Shown piece after piece: positions 49,906-58,656 of a stretch of DNA of 64,000 nucleotides (the first letter of the stretch is position 1; each line of letters begins with the position of its first letter). The notes under the pieces are model-generated. The model was given only the letters and a program-made list of their open reading frames with translations, ran no database searches and had not been told where the DNA came from. The position numbers and the translations under genes were made by a program. The stretch comes from Spirochaetota bacterium (GTDB lineage Bacteria > Spirochaetota > Spirochaetia > JABEVK01), in the NCBI GenBank assembly GCA_020049045.1, contig JAIFLN010000005.1:10417-74416 (forward strand), written 5' to 3'.

Positions 49906-52343
49906 GGAAGGTCCTCATAATTGTGGATAAATGATTCCAGCCCATTATAGAGACCCTGGGCTAATTTCTTCAAGTAATTCGGATCGTGCAGAGACTCAGC
50001 TTCTTCGGGATTCGTGATAAATCCCAGCTCTGCCAGAACAGCAGGCATTCGTGCCATCCTTACCACAAACCAAGGGTTTTCCTTCAATCCTCTCTGGACA
50101 CTGGAGTCACCCAGCTCTTTTGCCAGCCCTCGAGCCAAATGCTCAGCCAATTCTCGGCTTTCTTTCTTGTATTCAGAATCCACCAAAGTATTCAGTACCG
50201 GAAACACCGATTCCGGAATATCGATTCCAGGAATTACCTCCCTTTCAAAATTCTGGGGGACGTACCAAAGCTCCAAGCCCCGGGCTTTTCGGTTAAGACT
50301 GGCATTGAAATGGAGGGAGAGAAAAAAAATCGATTCTTGATCTCCTAATTTCTGAGCATGGGCAATCTGCACTCTTCTTTCCAGTGTTGGGTAGGTGTCA
50401 TTCTTTCTGGTCAGCACGATAGTTCGGTCGGGATACGCCTCCGTCAGCAATTTCTGTAGTTCCAAGGCAACCGTAAGTGTCAGATCTTTTTCCCGCAGGA
50501 CGACCTCTTTTCCATCAATGGTATGGCGGCCAATGCTGCCGGGATCTGTTCCTCCGTGACCAGCATCAAGAACAAGAACTTGGATTCTTGGCCCCTGACC
50601 GGTTCGTTCAACCGTAACCGGAACTGCAGGAATCTTGGTAGGAACCGGTTGATTATTCCACCAGCTCAGCAGAGTCTGGAAGTCGGTTGAATCCAGCTGG
50701 CCAGTAATGGGGTCAAGTTTTTGGAGGGAAAACTCATCCTTTCCATCTCCCAAAGCCAATCCCGTGACCAAGTCAATTGACAGCCGGTGTCTGGTATCAG
50801 AAAGCAAAACGATGTCCCGATAGGGTTCCCAGAATACCTTAGCCCCGGTCTGCAACACCAAATCCTGAAGATTCTCGGCAAGGACAGGCGAGGCGTACCG
50901 AGCTCCACAAAGCCCCCCAACAAGCAGAGACCGCCATACGCGCTCTGTAAACTCGGAAGGTTCCATCCCTTCTTTGCGAAGGACTACCAACAAATCCTCC
51001 AAGGTGTTTCCGTAGAGATCTTTCCAGGCTCCGGCCCGAGCCCGTTCAAGCAAGCCTGCCGATGTTTCCGAGAGTCCTCGGGCTTCGGGGAACCACCAGG
51101 GGTCGGCACCCGTCCCTTGCAGAAACAATTCGGTAGCGGGATTGGGGTACTCATATTCAAAAACCACTAGGTTTCGAACCAGGCGAGCGGTTTCCTCCAC
51201 TTCCTTTGCTTGGGTACCGGCGACAATGACATTCCCCAGTTTCTCAACATTGTTACGGGGAAATACCGTTTTTGTTCCAGGAGCAACGAGAAGAAACAGG
51301 TCTTTGACACCCGGCAAGTCGCGAGCCTGATCTACTCCATGGATTGCCTTGATTCTTCCGGGCAAACCGATCCAGGCCCGTTCCGCGACTGGCAGACTAA
51401 CCTCATCAGGCTGCTTCGATAGGGGAAGTCCCAGGGCTGTTTCAACAGCCCAGAGCACTGCAGAACGCCCTGATGTCAACGGATAAGTCCAGCCAGACAT
51501 ATAGCCGCCGGAAAGACGTGAGGCTATTTCACCAATAACAGGACCCCGTGAAGGTGAGAATTTCACGTCCCCTTTCGCGGCTCCCCAATTGAGCCCCAGG
51601 GCACGCACACCCCGTTCGAATTCGTTCCAGACAGCTTCTTGGACTACCACTGGGGCCGTCGAGGGAAAAGTATGGCCAATTTCAACAAAGGTCGGAGGAA
51701 AGACAATGGTTCTGTCGGCCAACCCGCACCGGATCAGCTGCCCGTCCCGAACAATGGCATCAACGCTAAACTCCGGACCATCGATGTACTCCTCGACGAT
51801 GGCACGACCCGTCAGGGAAAAACCAACCGCATCGGCAAGGGAAGCAGGCAAATCTTCACTGCGATGGACGAGCCGGACTCCCCGGGCACCCATGCTGTCC
51901 GTCGGCTTGACTACAACAGGAAAGGGAAAGTCCAGCTTGGGAATTGTTTGCGACAACCCTTCAAAGACTTGATGCCGGGGTGAGGAAATTCCCGCTTCAT
52001 CAAAGCGGTGCCGCATCAGGCCCTTGTCCCTGGCCAGAAGGGCCGCTTCATAGGGAGTCCCAGGCAGGCCAAGATGTTCAGCAATCCAGGCTACTGTCGT
52101 AGAAAAGTCCGTACCCACGGTCAGAACACCATCCAGGCGCTGAGCCTTCTGATGGGACCGGGCTCGTTCGAGGCAACGTTCAAGGTCTTTGATGTCACAG
52201 ACTTCAAACCAATCGGCTTGGTCACGAGCCGGGGCCATGGGGTTTCCGTCAAAACAGAGTACCTTAACCCCAAGCTGATGTGCAAACTTGAGAGCCGGCA
52301 GCTGCATGACGCCACCCCCAATCAACAGCAGATGCAGACTCAT
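49902..52343 (-). CDS. Fusion protein: N-terminal ATP-grasp ligase domain plus C-terminal N-acetylmuramoyl-L-alanine amidase (Amidase_3/AmiC-type)
   Basis: ATP-grasp hallmarks: VVVKPTDSMGARGVRLV and EEYIDGPEFSVDAIV. The C-terminal part (VLDAGHGGTDPGSIG..., NASLNRKARGLE) matches Amidase_3 zinc ligands. Confidence 0.65.
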   Translation of the reverse strand: MSLHLLLIGGGVMQLPALKFAHQLGVKVLCFDGNPMAPARDQADWFEVCDIKDLERCLERARSHQKAQRLDGVLTVGTDFSTTVAWIAEHLGLPGTPYEAALLARDKGLMRHRFDEAGISSPRHQVFEGLSQTIPKLDFPFPVVVKPTDSMGARGVRLVHRSEDLPASLADAVGFSLTGRAIVEEYIDGPEFSVDAIVRDGQLIRCGLADRTIVFPPTFVEIGHTFPSTAPVVVQEAVWNEFERGVRALGLNWGAAKGDVKFSPSRGPVIGEIASRLSGGYMSGWTYPLTSGRSAVLWAVETALGLPLSKQPDEVSLPVAERAWIGLPGRIKAIHGVDQARDLPGVKDLFLLVAPGTKTVFPRNNVEKLGNVIVAGTQAKEVEETARLVRNLVVFEYEYPNPATELFLQGTGADPWWFPEARGLSETSAGLLERARAGAWKDLYGNTLEDLLVVLRKEGMEPSEFTERVWRSLLVGGLCGARYASPVLAENLQDLVLQTGAKVFWEPYRDIVLLSDTRHRLSIDLVTGLALGDGKDEFSLQKLDPITGQLDSTDFQTLLSWWNNQPVPTKIPAVPVTVERTGQGPRIQVLVLDAGHGGTDPGSIGRHTIDGKEVVLREKDLTLTVALELQKLLTEAYPDRTIVLTRKNDTYPTLERRVQIAHAQKLGDQESIFFLSLHFNASLNRKARGLELWYVPQNFEREVIPGIDIPESVFPVLNTLVDSEYKKESRELAEHLARGLAKELGDSSVQRGLKENPWFVVRMARMPAVLAELGFITNPEEAESLHDPNYLKKLAQGLYNGLESFIHNYEDLP

Positions 52344-54136
52344 GGCAGCTCCTTTGTTTTTCGGGCATAAACCTCAAACGTGTCACCCCAGCCCAACCAG
52401 CGGTCCAGCAGCGTAACAATTGATAGTACAGGATCTGAGGGTCCTTTCAGTCCGGGGAACCGCTCCGGATGATGCCCTGTAACCCGAAATGCCAACACTT
52501 CAAAACCAAAACGTCTCAGAATCGGTTTCGTATTGGCCGGATTCCATATGGAAAAGTGATCATCCGGGCTTTCTTCCCAGAATTTCTCGGGTTGAAACGT
52601 TCTGGTGATTCCCTTTCCATTGGGCGTGGAAAAGGCAAACAGACCTCCGAGAGGGAGCAGTTTATTGACCTGGCTGAGCACGGCTGACAGATCGGGAAAA
52701 TGTTCAATGACATACCAAAGCGAAACAAGATCGGGGCGGGTTACCCCTGGAAAAGACTCTTCCCATCGGAACTCCAAAAAAGAGGCCTTGACCGCTGGAA
52801 ATCCAAGTGAGTCCCGAACATAGGCTACCGCAGCTTCTGCGACATCGAGGCCGAAAGGATGATGCCCCGAGGCCGCAGCCGCTGCCAGGAACGGACCGTA
52901 GGCACAGCCGACATCCAGAATATTCCTGCCGACACTCGTACCAGCCGTACGATCAAGAAACTCCAACCGCTGCTGCCCTAAAGCCTGAATGTGAGCAAAG
53001 TCTTGTAGGTAGGTCTTTCCATACTGCTTTTGATAATCTTCAAAGAAATACGCTTCTGAGTATTCTTTGGGAGGTAGTTGGTGGGCCGAGAGATACTCCA
53101 TTCCACAAACGGCACAACGATGGTAACTCTTATGATGGCTTCGGAAGAAAACAGCATTGCCGCCAGTTCGGCATACTGGGCAACGGCTGTCGGTACCACG
53201 AAAGGTTGAAAAATACTCTCCTGCATTGAGAGGCTCTTGCAGCAACTTCGTAAAAGCTTCGCGCGCGGCACCCTGGGCATCTTCCAAACCGGAAAGAAAC
53301 GCATCGGCTCGGGGTCTGCGTACACCAAAAGTGGGAAGTCTAGCGGCGCGTGAAAGCTGTTCATGATAATTGGTGGGATTCAAAAGCAGGACGGGAGTTC
53401 CGGCAGCCAAGCTTTCCAAAGCGGTCAATCCCCACGAGGTAACCGTCAGATCCCATTGACCAAGGAGTTTGGGAAGCTCGGGCGGAGCTTCCAGCACTTC
53501 GGTATCCAGCGGAACGATAAATCGCGAAAGCGGCCCGCGGACGACAGTCAAAGAATACGGGAACCTCCCCTGTGTGCGAAGGGTCTGAACCATGGCTAGG
53601 AACTTCAACGTCAACCCGGCAGGATCAGAACCACCGAAAACAGCCAGCATGGTTCGGATTGGTCTATCGTAACGGTGCGGTTTGGGAGGAAAAGACAGAC
53701 CGAGGAGGCCTGGAAGACGCACATTGGGTTCAGGCTTTGTATCGTGTGGAAGCGAGTCTACCAGAAACGCAAACCGCCTCCGGGCAGGTCCCCCGTCATC
53801 CCACCCTATCAAATGCAAGGTCCGACGGGAAAGAAGGGAAAAAGCCGATAACGGTGCAGCCTGCATGTCGAGAACTGCTTTGGGAGCAATATAGGATTCC
53901 GGCCATTTCATCCAGAGTTGAACACCGGCAGAATCCGCCAGGCTCTGAACAATGGACCGCTCAAATACCGGGTGCTTTCCGACAAAGGCAGAGTCGGCTG
54001 CAAAATAGACCACCGCCTGGGGTCCAACCGAGGCCGCAGCCGCCAAACAGCGGCGCAAATGCCCCATGCCTCTATCGATTCTGAGGCTGGGAATAAAAAC
54101 CAACTCTGGTGTCAGCGCGGATGTCGGTTCAACCAT
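52340..54136 (-). CDS. Fusion protein: PseG-like nucleotide-sugar hydrolase (GT28/MurG-like fold) plus zinc-ribbon class I SAM-dependent methyltransferase
   Basis: N-terminus RIDRGMGHLRRCLAAAAS and later FGGSDPAGL match the PseG motifs IGxGHxxRxLxLA and GGTD. The C-terminal part has CPVC...CAVCG and the methyltransferase motif I ILDVGCAYGPF. Confidence 0.6.
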   Translation of the reverse strand: MVEPTSALTPELVFIPSLRIDRGMGHLRRCLAAAASVGPQAVVYFAADSAFVGKHPVFERSIVQSLADSAGVQLWMKWPESYIAPKAVLDMQAAPLSAFSLLSRRTLHLIGWDDGGPARRRFAFLVDSLPHDTKPEPNVRLPGLLGLSFPPKPHRYDRPIRTMLAVFGGSDPAGLTLKFLAMVQTLRTQGRFPYSLTVVRGPLSRFIVPLDTEVLEAPPELPKLLGQWDLTVTSWGLTALESLAAGTPVLLLNPTNYHEQLSRAARLPTFGVRRPRADAFLSGLEDAQGAAREAFTKLLQEPLNAGEYFSTFRGTDSRCPVCRTGGNAVFFRSHHKSYHRCAVCGMEYLSAHQLPPKEYSEAYFFEDYQKQYGKTYLQDFAHIQALGQQRLEFLDRTAGTSVGRNILDVGCAYGPFLAAAAASGHHPFGLDVAEAAVAYVRDSLGFPAVKASFLEFRWEESFPGVTRPDLVSLWYVIEHFPDLSAVLSQVNKLLPLGGLFAFSTPNGKGITRTFQPEKFWEESPDDHFSIWNPANTKPILRRFGFEVLAFRVTGHHPERFPGLKGPSDPVLSIVTLLDRWLGWGDTFEVYARKTKELP

Positions 54137-54783
54137 GGGATCAGGTCCTCCACTTCGAGGGGCTTGCCCCGGTAAAGATCGGTCCAAAGGGACCGCAGAT
54201 ACTGAAGATCATCCGGTGTATCAAGGGTCACCCTGGCTGCAGGTGCCCGCAACGCTTCTGCAACTGCCGGGTGGTTGATATGAAAACGCTCCGGTCGGCG
54301 GTACAGAAAGGGGCTTGCGTGTTCCTGCTCATACTCGTCGGGGTCCGATGACCAAGCCTCTTCGAGAGCACTTACCTTCAGAACTTCGACACCAGTCCCA
54401 ATGGGGGAACCCACAAAGCCGCTGTAATCTGCGCCGCTGGCAAGATGCAGCTCCAGGAGCTCGTTGGCTAGTCGGGCTGAAACCAAGGGATTGTCACCGG
54501 TGGCACGAACAACGGTGCTGGTTCCTATCGAACGGGAAGCTTGGACAAAGCGGTCCAGAACATTTTGTTTGTTGCCGATGTAAATTTCCCAGCCTGCTGA
54601 GCGGGCAAGGGGTTCAAGTTCGCCGGCACTCTCAGGTTCCGTGACCAACACTCGCCGGTCAACACGCACGGCGGCAAGAGCTTCAATGCAGCGTTGCGTA
54701 ACAGAAGTTCCACCCAAGTCGGCCAAGGCCTTGCGTGGGAGACGTGTCGAGTCCAGACGAACCTGCAAAAACACAGCGGTCAC
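54112..54783 (-). CDS. Cytidylyltransferase, SpsF/PseF/KdsB-like (CMP-sugar synthetase family)
   Basis: N-terminal FLQVRLDSTRLPRKAL matches the IIxARxxSTRLPGKxL motif. 223 aa, typical for PseF/SpsF. GTG start. Confidence 0.6.
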   Translation of the reverse strand: MTAVFLQVRLDSTRLPRKALADLGGTSVTQRCIEALAAVRVDRRVLVTEPESAGELEPLARSAGWEIYIGNKQNVLDRFVQASRSIGTSTVVRATGDNPLVSARLANELLELHLASGADYSGFVGSPIGTGVEVLKVSALEEAWSSDPDEYEQEHASPFLYRRPERFHINHPAVAEALRAPAARVTLDTPDDLQYLRSLWTDLYRGKPLEVEDLIPWLNRHPR

Positions 54784-55733
54784 AAGTTCCCCCAGAGCTC
54801 AGACAACAGTCTGGCATCAGTCTGAAACCGGTAACGGTGAGTTTTTACCCACGCACGCTCATTCAGAAATTCGGCCAGACTATCGCTAAAGGAACGGCCG
54901 CTGCGCCTCGCATGAGCCCAAAACCGGATCATTGGAAGCACTCCATGATCTCCTAGATGTCGTACCGCCAAATTCCGAAGATAAAACCGGGAATAGGAAC
55001 GGTCAGGGGTTTGATCTTCGGAGGGAACTTCCGAGCGGTAGTCCACTTTGAACCCTCGGTCCACTACCAGTCTTTCACCCCAAAGGTGGCTTCTGACTCC
55101 CCAGTCCACTTTTTGCCAGAAAGGATTGCCGAGCGCTTGGTCATACCCGCCCGTTGCCAAAAATTTTCCGCGGTTGTAGAGACCGGTATAGTCGGATGCA
55201 AAAAGAGTATCCACGTTTTCCTGGTCGGTACCCAAGGTAAGGATCTTGAGACGATCCTTCTCAAGAGTAGGGACTTGAACGCAGGGAAGTTCATATCCCT
55301 CCCTATCGCGCATTTCGGGAACCATGACCAAGAAAGAAAAGTCCTGCCACAGACGTTGGACCTTCGAATGCAGTCCTGTTTCTGACAGGGATTGATCGTC
55401 CCACAAAACCAAAAACCGGTCTCCTCGAATTTCCCTTGCCGCCAAATTGATCCTCACTCCCGGTGTCGCGGGCTCTGATAGAACCAGAAAACGCAGACCA
55501 GGGAGGTCGCCTAGCAGTTTCTCGGCATCAAAACGGGGACTTTCCTGTTCGATACAAAGAATTTCTGGAAAACCGAGGGAATGAAATTCCGTTAGTACCG
55601 AAGGCCGGAAAAGCGCCGGCCCACGCCCCAGAACAACCAATGAAACCCGAAGTTCAAAGCGGCTGGTCGTGCCTTCGGGTGCTCTGCTGCCCAGGATGGA
55701 GTAGGATTCAGAAATGAAAGGTGTACCACTCAT
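54780..55733 (-). CDS. Hypothetical protein (about 317 aa), possibly a glycosyltransferase-like orphan in the flaA operon
   Basis: Long ORF overlapping both neighbours. The internal Met at 55733 leaves a 26-nt overlap with the upstream gene. Only a weak DxD-like WDDQS. No confident family. Confidence 0.35.
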   Translation of the reverse strand: MSGTPFISESYSILGSRAPEGTTSRFELRVSLVVLGRGPALFRPSVLTEFHSLGFPEILCIEQESPRFDAEKLLGDLPGLRFLVLSEPATPGVRINLAAREIRGDRFLVLWDDQSLSETGLHSKVQRLWQDFSFLVMVPEMRDREGYELPCVQVPTLEKDRLKILTLGTDQENVDTLFASDYTGLYNRGKFLATGGYDQALGNPFWQKVDWGVRSHLWGERLVVDRGFKVDYRSEVPSEDQTPDRSYSRFYLRNLAVRHLGDHGVLPMIRFWAHARRSGRSFSDSLAEFLNERAWVKTHRYRFQTDARLLSELWGNL

Positions 55734-57150
55734 CGCAATTCCTGCAGACCTCGGGCCAGTCTTCCTTGACATGCCGCTCAAACAGCCTATCTCCCCGATC
55801 CCAAACAGCCGAAAGTTCCTCTGTCCAGGCATTGCCCAGGGGCTGAGTCCGATGAAAGTCGTCCCGACAAACGACCACCGTTCCATCAAGAAAGACCGCC
55901 AAGTCACGGGCGAGGTGCCAGCAGGCATGCCGTTTCCAAGGAGAAAGATCCGACGGTTTGGCGCGGTCAAGTCTTCCTCCAAAATCGTTATGCTTCTGAA
56001 TGATGACTCTGCCGGCTTCCTCTTTCCAATGCCGGTGAAAAGCCTCCATCTCGTTTTCATTCTCACCCATTCGCACTGTCTGAGGCCAAACCCTGGAAGG
56101 AAATAGCGCAATCAGCCGGCGGGTAAAAGCCTGAGCTTCTTCCAGACCGTTACCACGAAGTTTCTGATAGGTTTCCGCAACATCAGAATCGAGCTCAACA
56201 ATCCAGTCGAGGTTGGTTGGATGCCTCGCGGCCAAAGAATCGAGATCTACCTTTCCCCAGCCCAAACCAGAGGTTTCCAGGCACAAATGCAGGCCAGGCT
56301 TTGCCAAAGCGTCAGTCATCAATTCCAGAATTTCAGGATGAAGAGAAGGTTCTCCCCAAAAGGACGGCATGACAGTCAGATCTCCAGCCCAAGCCAGAGC
56401 CTGGTCCAGAAGATTGTTCCACCGTTGACGGGAAAGCGTGTTTCTCCGGGTCAGAGCATCAGGGTTTATTTGTTTCAGAGGTGACCAGATTGGTATCTGG
56501 CGCACCCCATCCGTGATTTGAACAAGAAGTGTGGCGGGCAAGGTCCGAGACCGATCGGCGGTAACATCGAGAACATCCAAAAAACCCTTGGTATCGAGGC
56601 TGACCTCCCCAAGGTAGCGGTCAAGAAGAATTCGGTTGCGGCGGGAATCGGCTGTCAGACTGAGCCGACGGGAACGCAGATCCACTGGGCTGAGCTGGGT
56701 TTCGATATCAAACCTGTTGATATCGACAGAGAGAAGCTGAAACAGCGACTCACGGGTGACTGGCCCACCTTTATCGGCTGCCCATCCTGCCAAAAGAGGG
56801 AGGATGGACGGACGGAGAATTTCGGCGGTCAAACCTATTGGATAGCCATCTGCAAAAGTATAGTCAGCCCGGTATTCACGATGAAGTGCCCGCATTTGAT
56901 GGAGAACATCAATGCGCAAGAAAGGGCTGTCATCAACAGCAAGCACCAGTTCATCAAACCCCTCGGAGATCGACTGCAAAGCCGATACAAGGTCAAGGCA
57001 GCTGAGAAACGGCCCCAAAGATTTCCGAGGCACACCAGGAGCGGCCTGATCGAGAGCGTCAGACACCCAATCAGCCACACTGCGGTTGCCCAGAGGACGG
57101 TCGGGGTCAACGACCGGTTGAAACGACAACAAGACACAGAGAGTGTTCAT
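55708..57150 (-). CDS. Spiro-SPASM-like protein: N-terminal cytidylyltransferase-like domain, a radical-SAM-like core lacking CxxxCxxC, and a C-terminal SPASM-like Cys cluster
   Basis: Central FWGEPSLHPE resembles the radical-SAM GGEPLLHP motif, but no CxxxCxxC is present. The C-terminus (ACWHLARD...VVVCRDDF...EVCRNCDEW) is SPASM-like. The N-terminal 150 aa are nucleotidyltransferase-like. Confidence 0.5.
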   Translation of the reverse strand: MNTLCVLLSFQPVVDPDRPLGNRSVADWVSDALDQAAPGVPRKSLGPFLSCLDLVSALQSISEGFDELVLAVDDSPFLRIDVLHQMRALHREYRADYTFADGYPIGLTAEILRPSILPLLAGWAADKGGPVTRESLFQLLSVDINRFDIETQLSPVDLRSRRLSLTADSRRNRILLDRYLGEVSLDTKGFLDVLDVTADRSRTLPATLLVQITDGVRQIPIWSPLKQINPDALTRRNTLSRQRWNNLLDQALAWAGDLTVMPSFWGEPSLHPEILELMTDALAKPGLHLCLETSGLGWGKVDLDSLAARHPTNLDWIVELDSDVAETYQKLRGNGLEEAQAFTRRLIALFPSRVWPQTVRMGENENEMEAFHRHWKEEAGRVIIQKHNDFGGRLDRAKPSDLSPWKRHACWHLARDLAVFLDGTVVVCRDDFHRTQPLGNAWTEELSAVWDRGDRLFERHVKEDWPEVCRNCDEWYTFHF

Positions 57151-57203
57151 TTTGATTCATCATCCCGAGATTTCTTGTCTTTGGCAAGGAAAAAAGCTAG
57201 GAT

Positions 57204-58418
57204 GTGGCCATGTTGGCCCCCCGTGGTGTCTTGACGGTTTCAGAGCTCACCAGTGTCGTAAAAGAAATTCTCGAGGGGGGATTCTCCTCGGTGACTGTCG
57301 AGGGAGAGATTACAGGACTGAGGTCTACCTCTGGTAAGCATCTCTACTTTTCGCTCAAAGATGAGACCTGTCTTTTGAAGGCGGTTTGGTTTTCCTGGGC
57401 CAGCCGCAGTGACAAACCACCCGCTGAGGGGCAGCAAGTCAGAATCACCGGCCGTCTTACTGTATATGAGGCTCAGGGTGTGTACCAATTGGTTGTCACC
57501 TCTCTGGAAGCCGTCGGTCTGGGAGACCTCCTGGCACGTTTGGAGCGCTTGAAAAAGAGTCTCGAAGCGGAAGGACTGTTTGACCCTTCGCGAAAGAGAG
57601 CCCTGCCTCCCTACCCCAGCGTCATCGGTTTGGTTACCAGTCCTACAGGTGCCGCTGTTCAAGATATGCTGCGCATCTTCCAAACCACGGGTCTTCCTGC
57701 CGTGATCAGAGTCTTTCCCGTGGCAGTCCAAGGCACCGAAGCCCCTGGTCAGATTGCTGCTATGGTGCGCTATGCCGGTACACGGCAACTAGCCGATGTT
57801 TTGGTTGTAGGCAGAGGCGGGGGCTCGGTGGAGGACCTTTTGGCCTTCAGCGATGAACGGGTTGTCCGTGCTATTGCAGAGTGTACCTTGCCTGTAATTT
57901 CTGCCGTAGGACATGAAATCGACTCCCCGTTGTGCGACTTCGCGGCTGACTGGCGTGCACCGACCCCCACGGCTGCGGCCGAACTGCTGTCACGCTCCTG
58001 GATGGCAGTGGATCAGAACCTGGCTCAGCTCCGGAGTGACCTTGAAGCAGGGATTCAAGGTCGTCTTGACCGGGCCCGTCTCACTCTTGCCGATTATCGC
58101 TCCGACCGGCTTCGGGAATCGTTTCAGCGGGTTCTCCAGCCCTATTACCAGCGTTTTGATTTTGCCAAAGACTCGCTGAAACAAGCATGGACAGACAGAG
58201 TGACAGATTTGAAGCGGCGGGTAGAGCTCAGCCGTTCGACACTGGAAGCCTTGAACCCCTATGCGGTATTGGAACGGGGATACGCCCTCGTCACTGACAC
58301 AGAGGGAAAGGCCGTTCAGGCAGCTTCTGGCCTGATCAAGGGTCAAGCACTTAACCTACGCTTTCATGACGGCCGGACGCGTGTCCAGGTCGAGGAGGTC
58401 CTGGATGAAGAACTTTGA
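57204..58418 (+). CDS. xseA: Exodeoxyribonuclease VII large subunit
   Basis: N-terminal OB-fold LTVSELTSVVKEILEGGFSSVTVEGEITGLRSTSGKHLYFSLKD. Confidence 0.85.
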   Translation: MAMLAPRGVLTVSELTSVVKEILEGGFSSVTVEGEITGLRSTSGKHLYFSLKDETCLLKAVWFSWASRSDKPPAEGQQVRITGRLTVYEAQGVYQLVVTSLEAVGLGDLLARLERLKKSLEAEGLFDPSRKRALPPYPSVIGLVTSPTGAAVQDMLRIFQTTGLPAVIRVFPVAVQGTEAPGQIAAMVRYAGTRQLADVLVVGRGGGSVEDLLAFSDERVVRAIAECTLPVISAVGHEIDSPLCDFAADWRAPTPTAAAELLSRSWMAVDQNLAQLRSDLEAGIQGRLDRARLTLADYRSDRLRESFQRVLQPYYQRFDFAKDSLKQAWTDRVTDLKRRVELSRSTLEALNPYAVLERGYALVTDTEGKAVQAASGLIKGQALNLRFHDGRTRVQVEEVLDEEL

Positions 58419-58656
58419 AGAACGACTCAACCGGTTGGAACAGCTGACCCAACTTGTTAAAGCCCCGCAGACCCCGCTTTCTGAAGCTGTCACGAGTTTT
58501 GAAGAAGGTTTCAAGCTGGCACAAACCCTTGAGAAAGACCTGGAAAAAATGGAACGACGTGTCGAAATTCTCCTCAATCCGCCGTCCACTGGAAGCACGC
58601 CCTCTGAGGCTGATCCTACCTTTGATTTGTTTAACGATCTGCCGAAACTCCCTTAA
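58405..58656 (+). CDS. xseB: Exodeoxyribonuclease VII small subunit
   Basis: MKNFEERLNRLEQLTQLV... coiled-coil. It overlaps the xseA stop. Confidence 0.8.
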   Translation: MKNFEERLNRLEQLTQLVKAPQTPLSEAVTSFEEGFKLAQTLEKDLEKMERRVEILLNPPSTGSTPSEADPTFDLFNDLPKLP

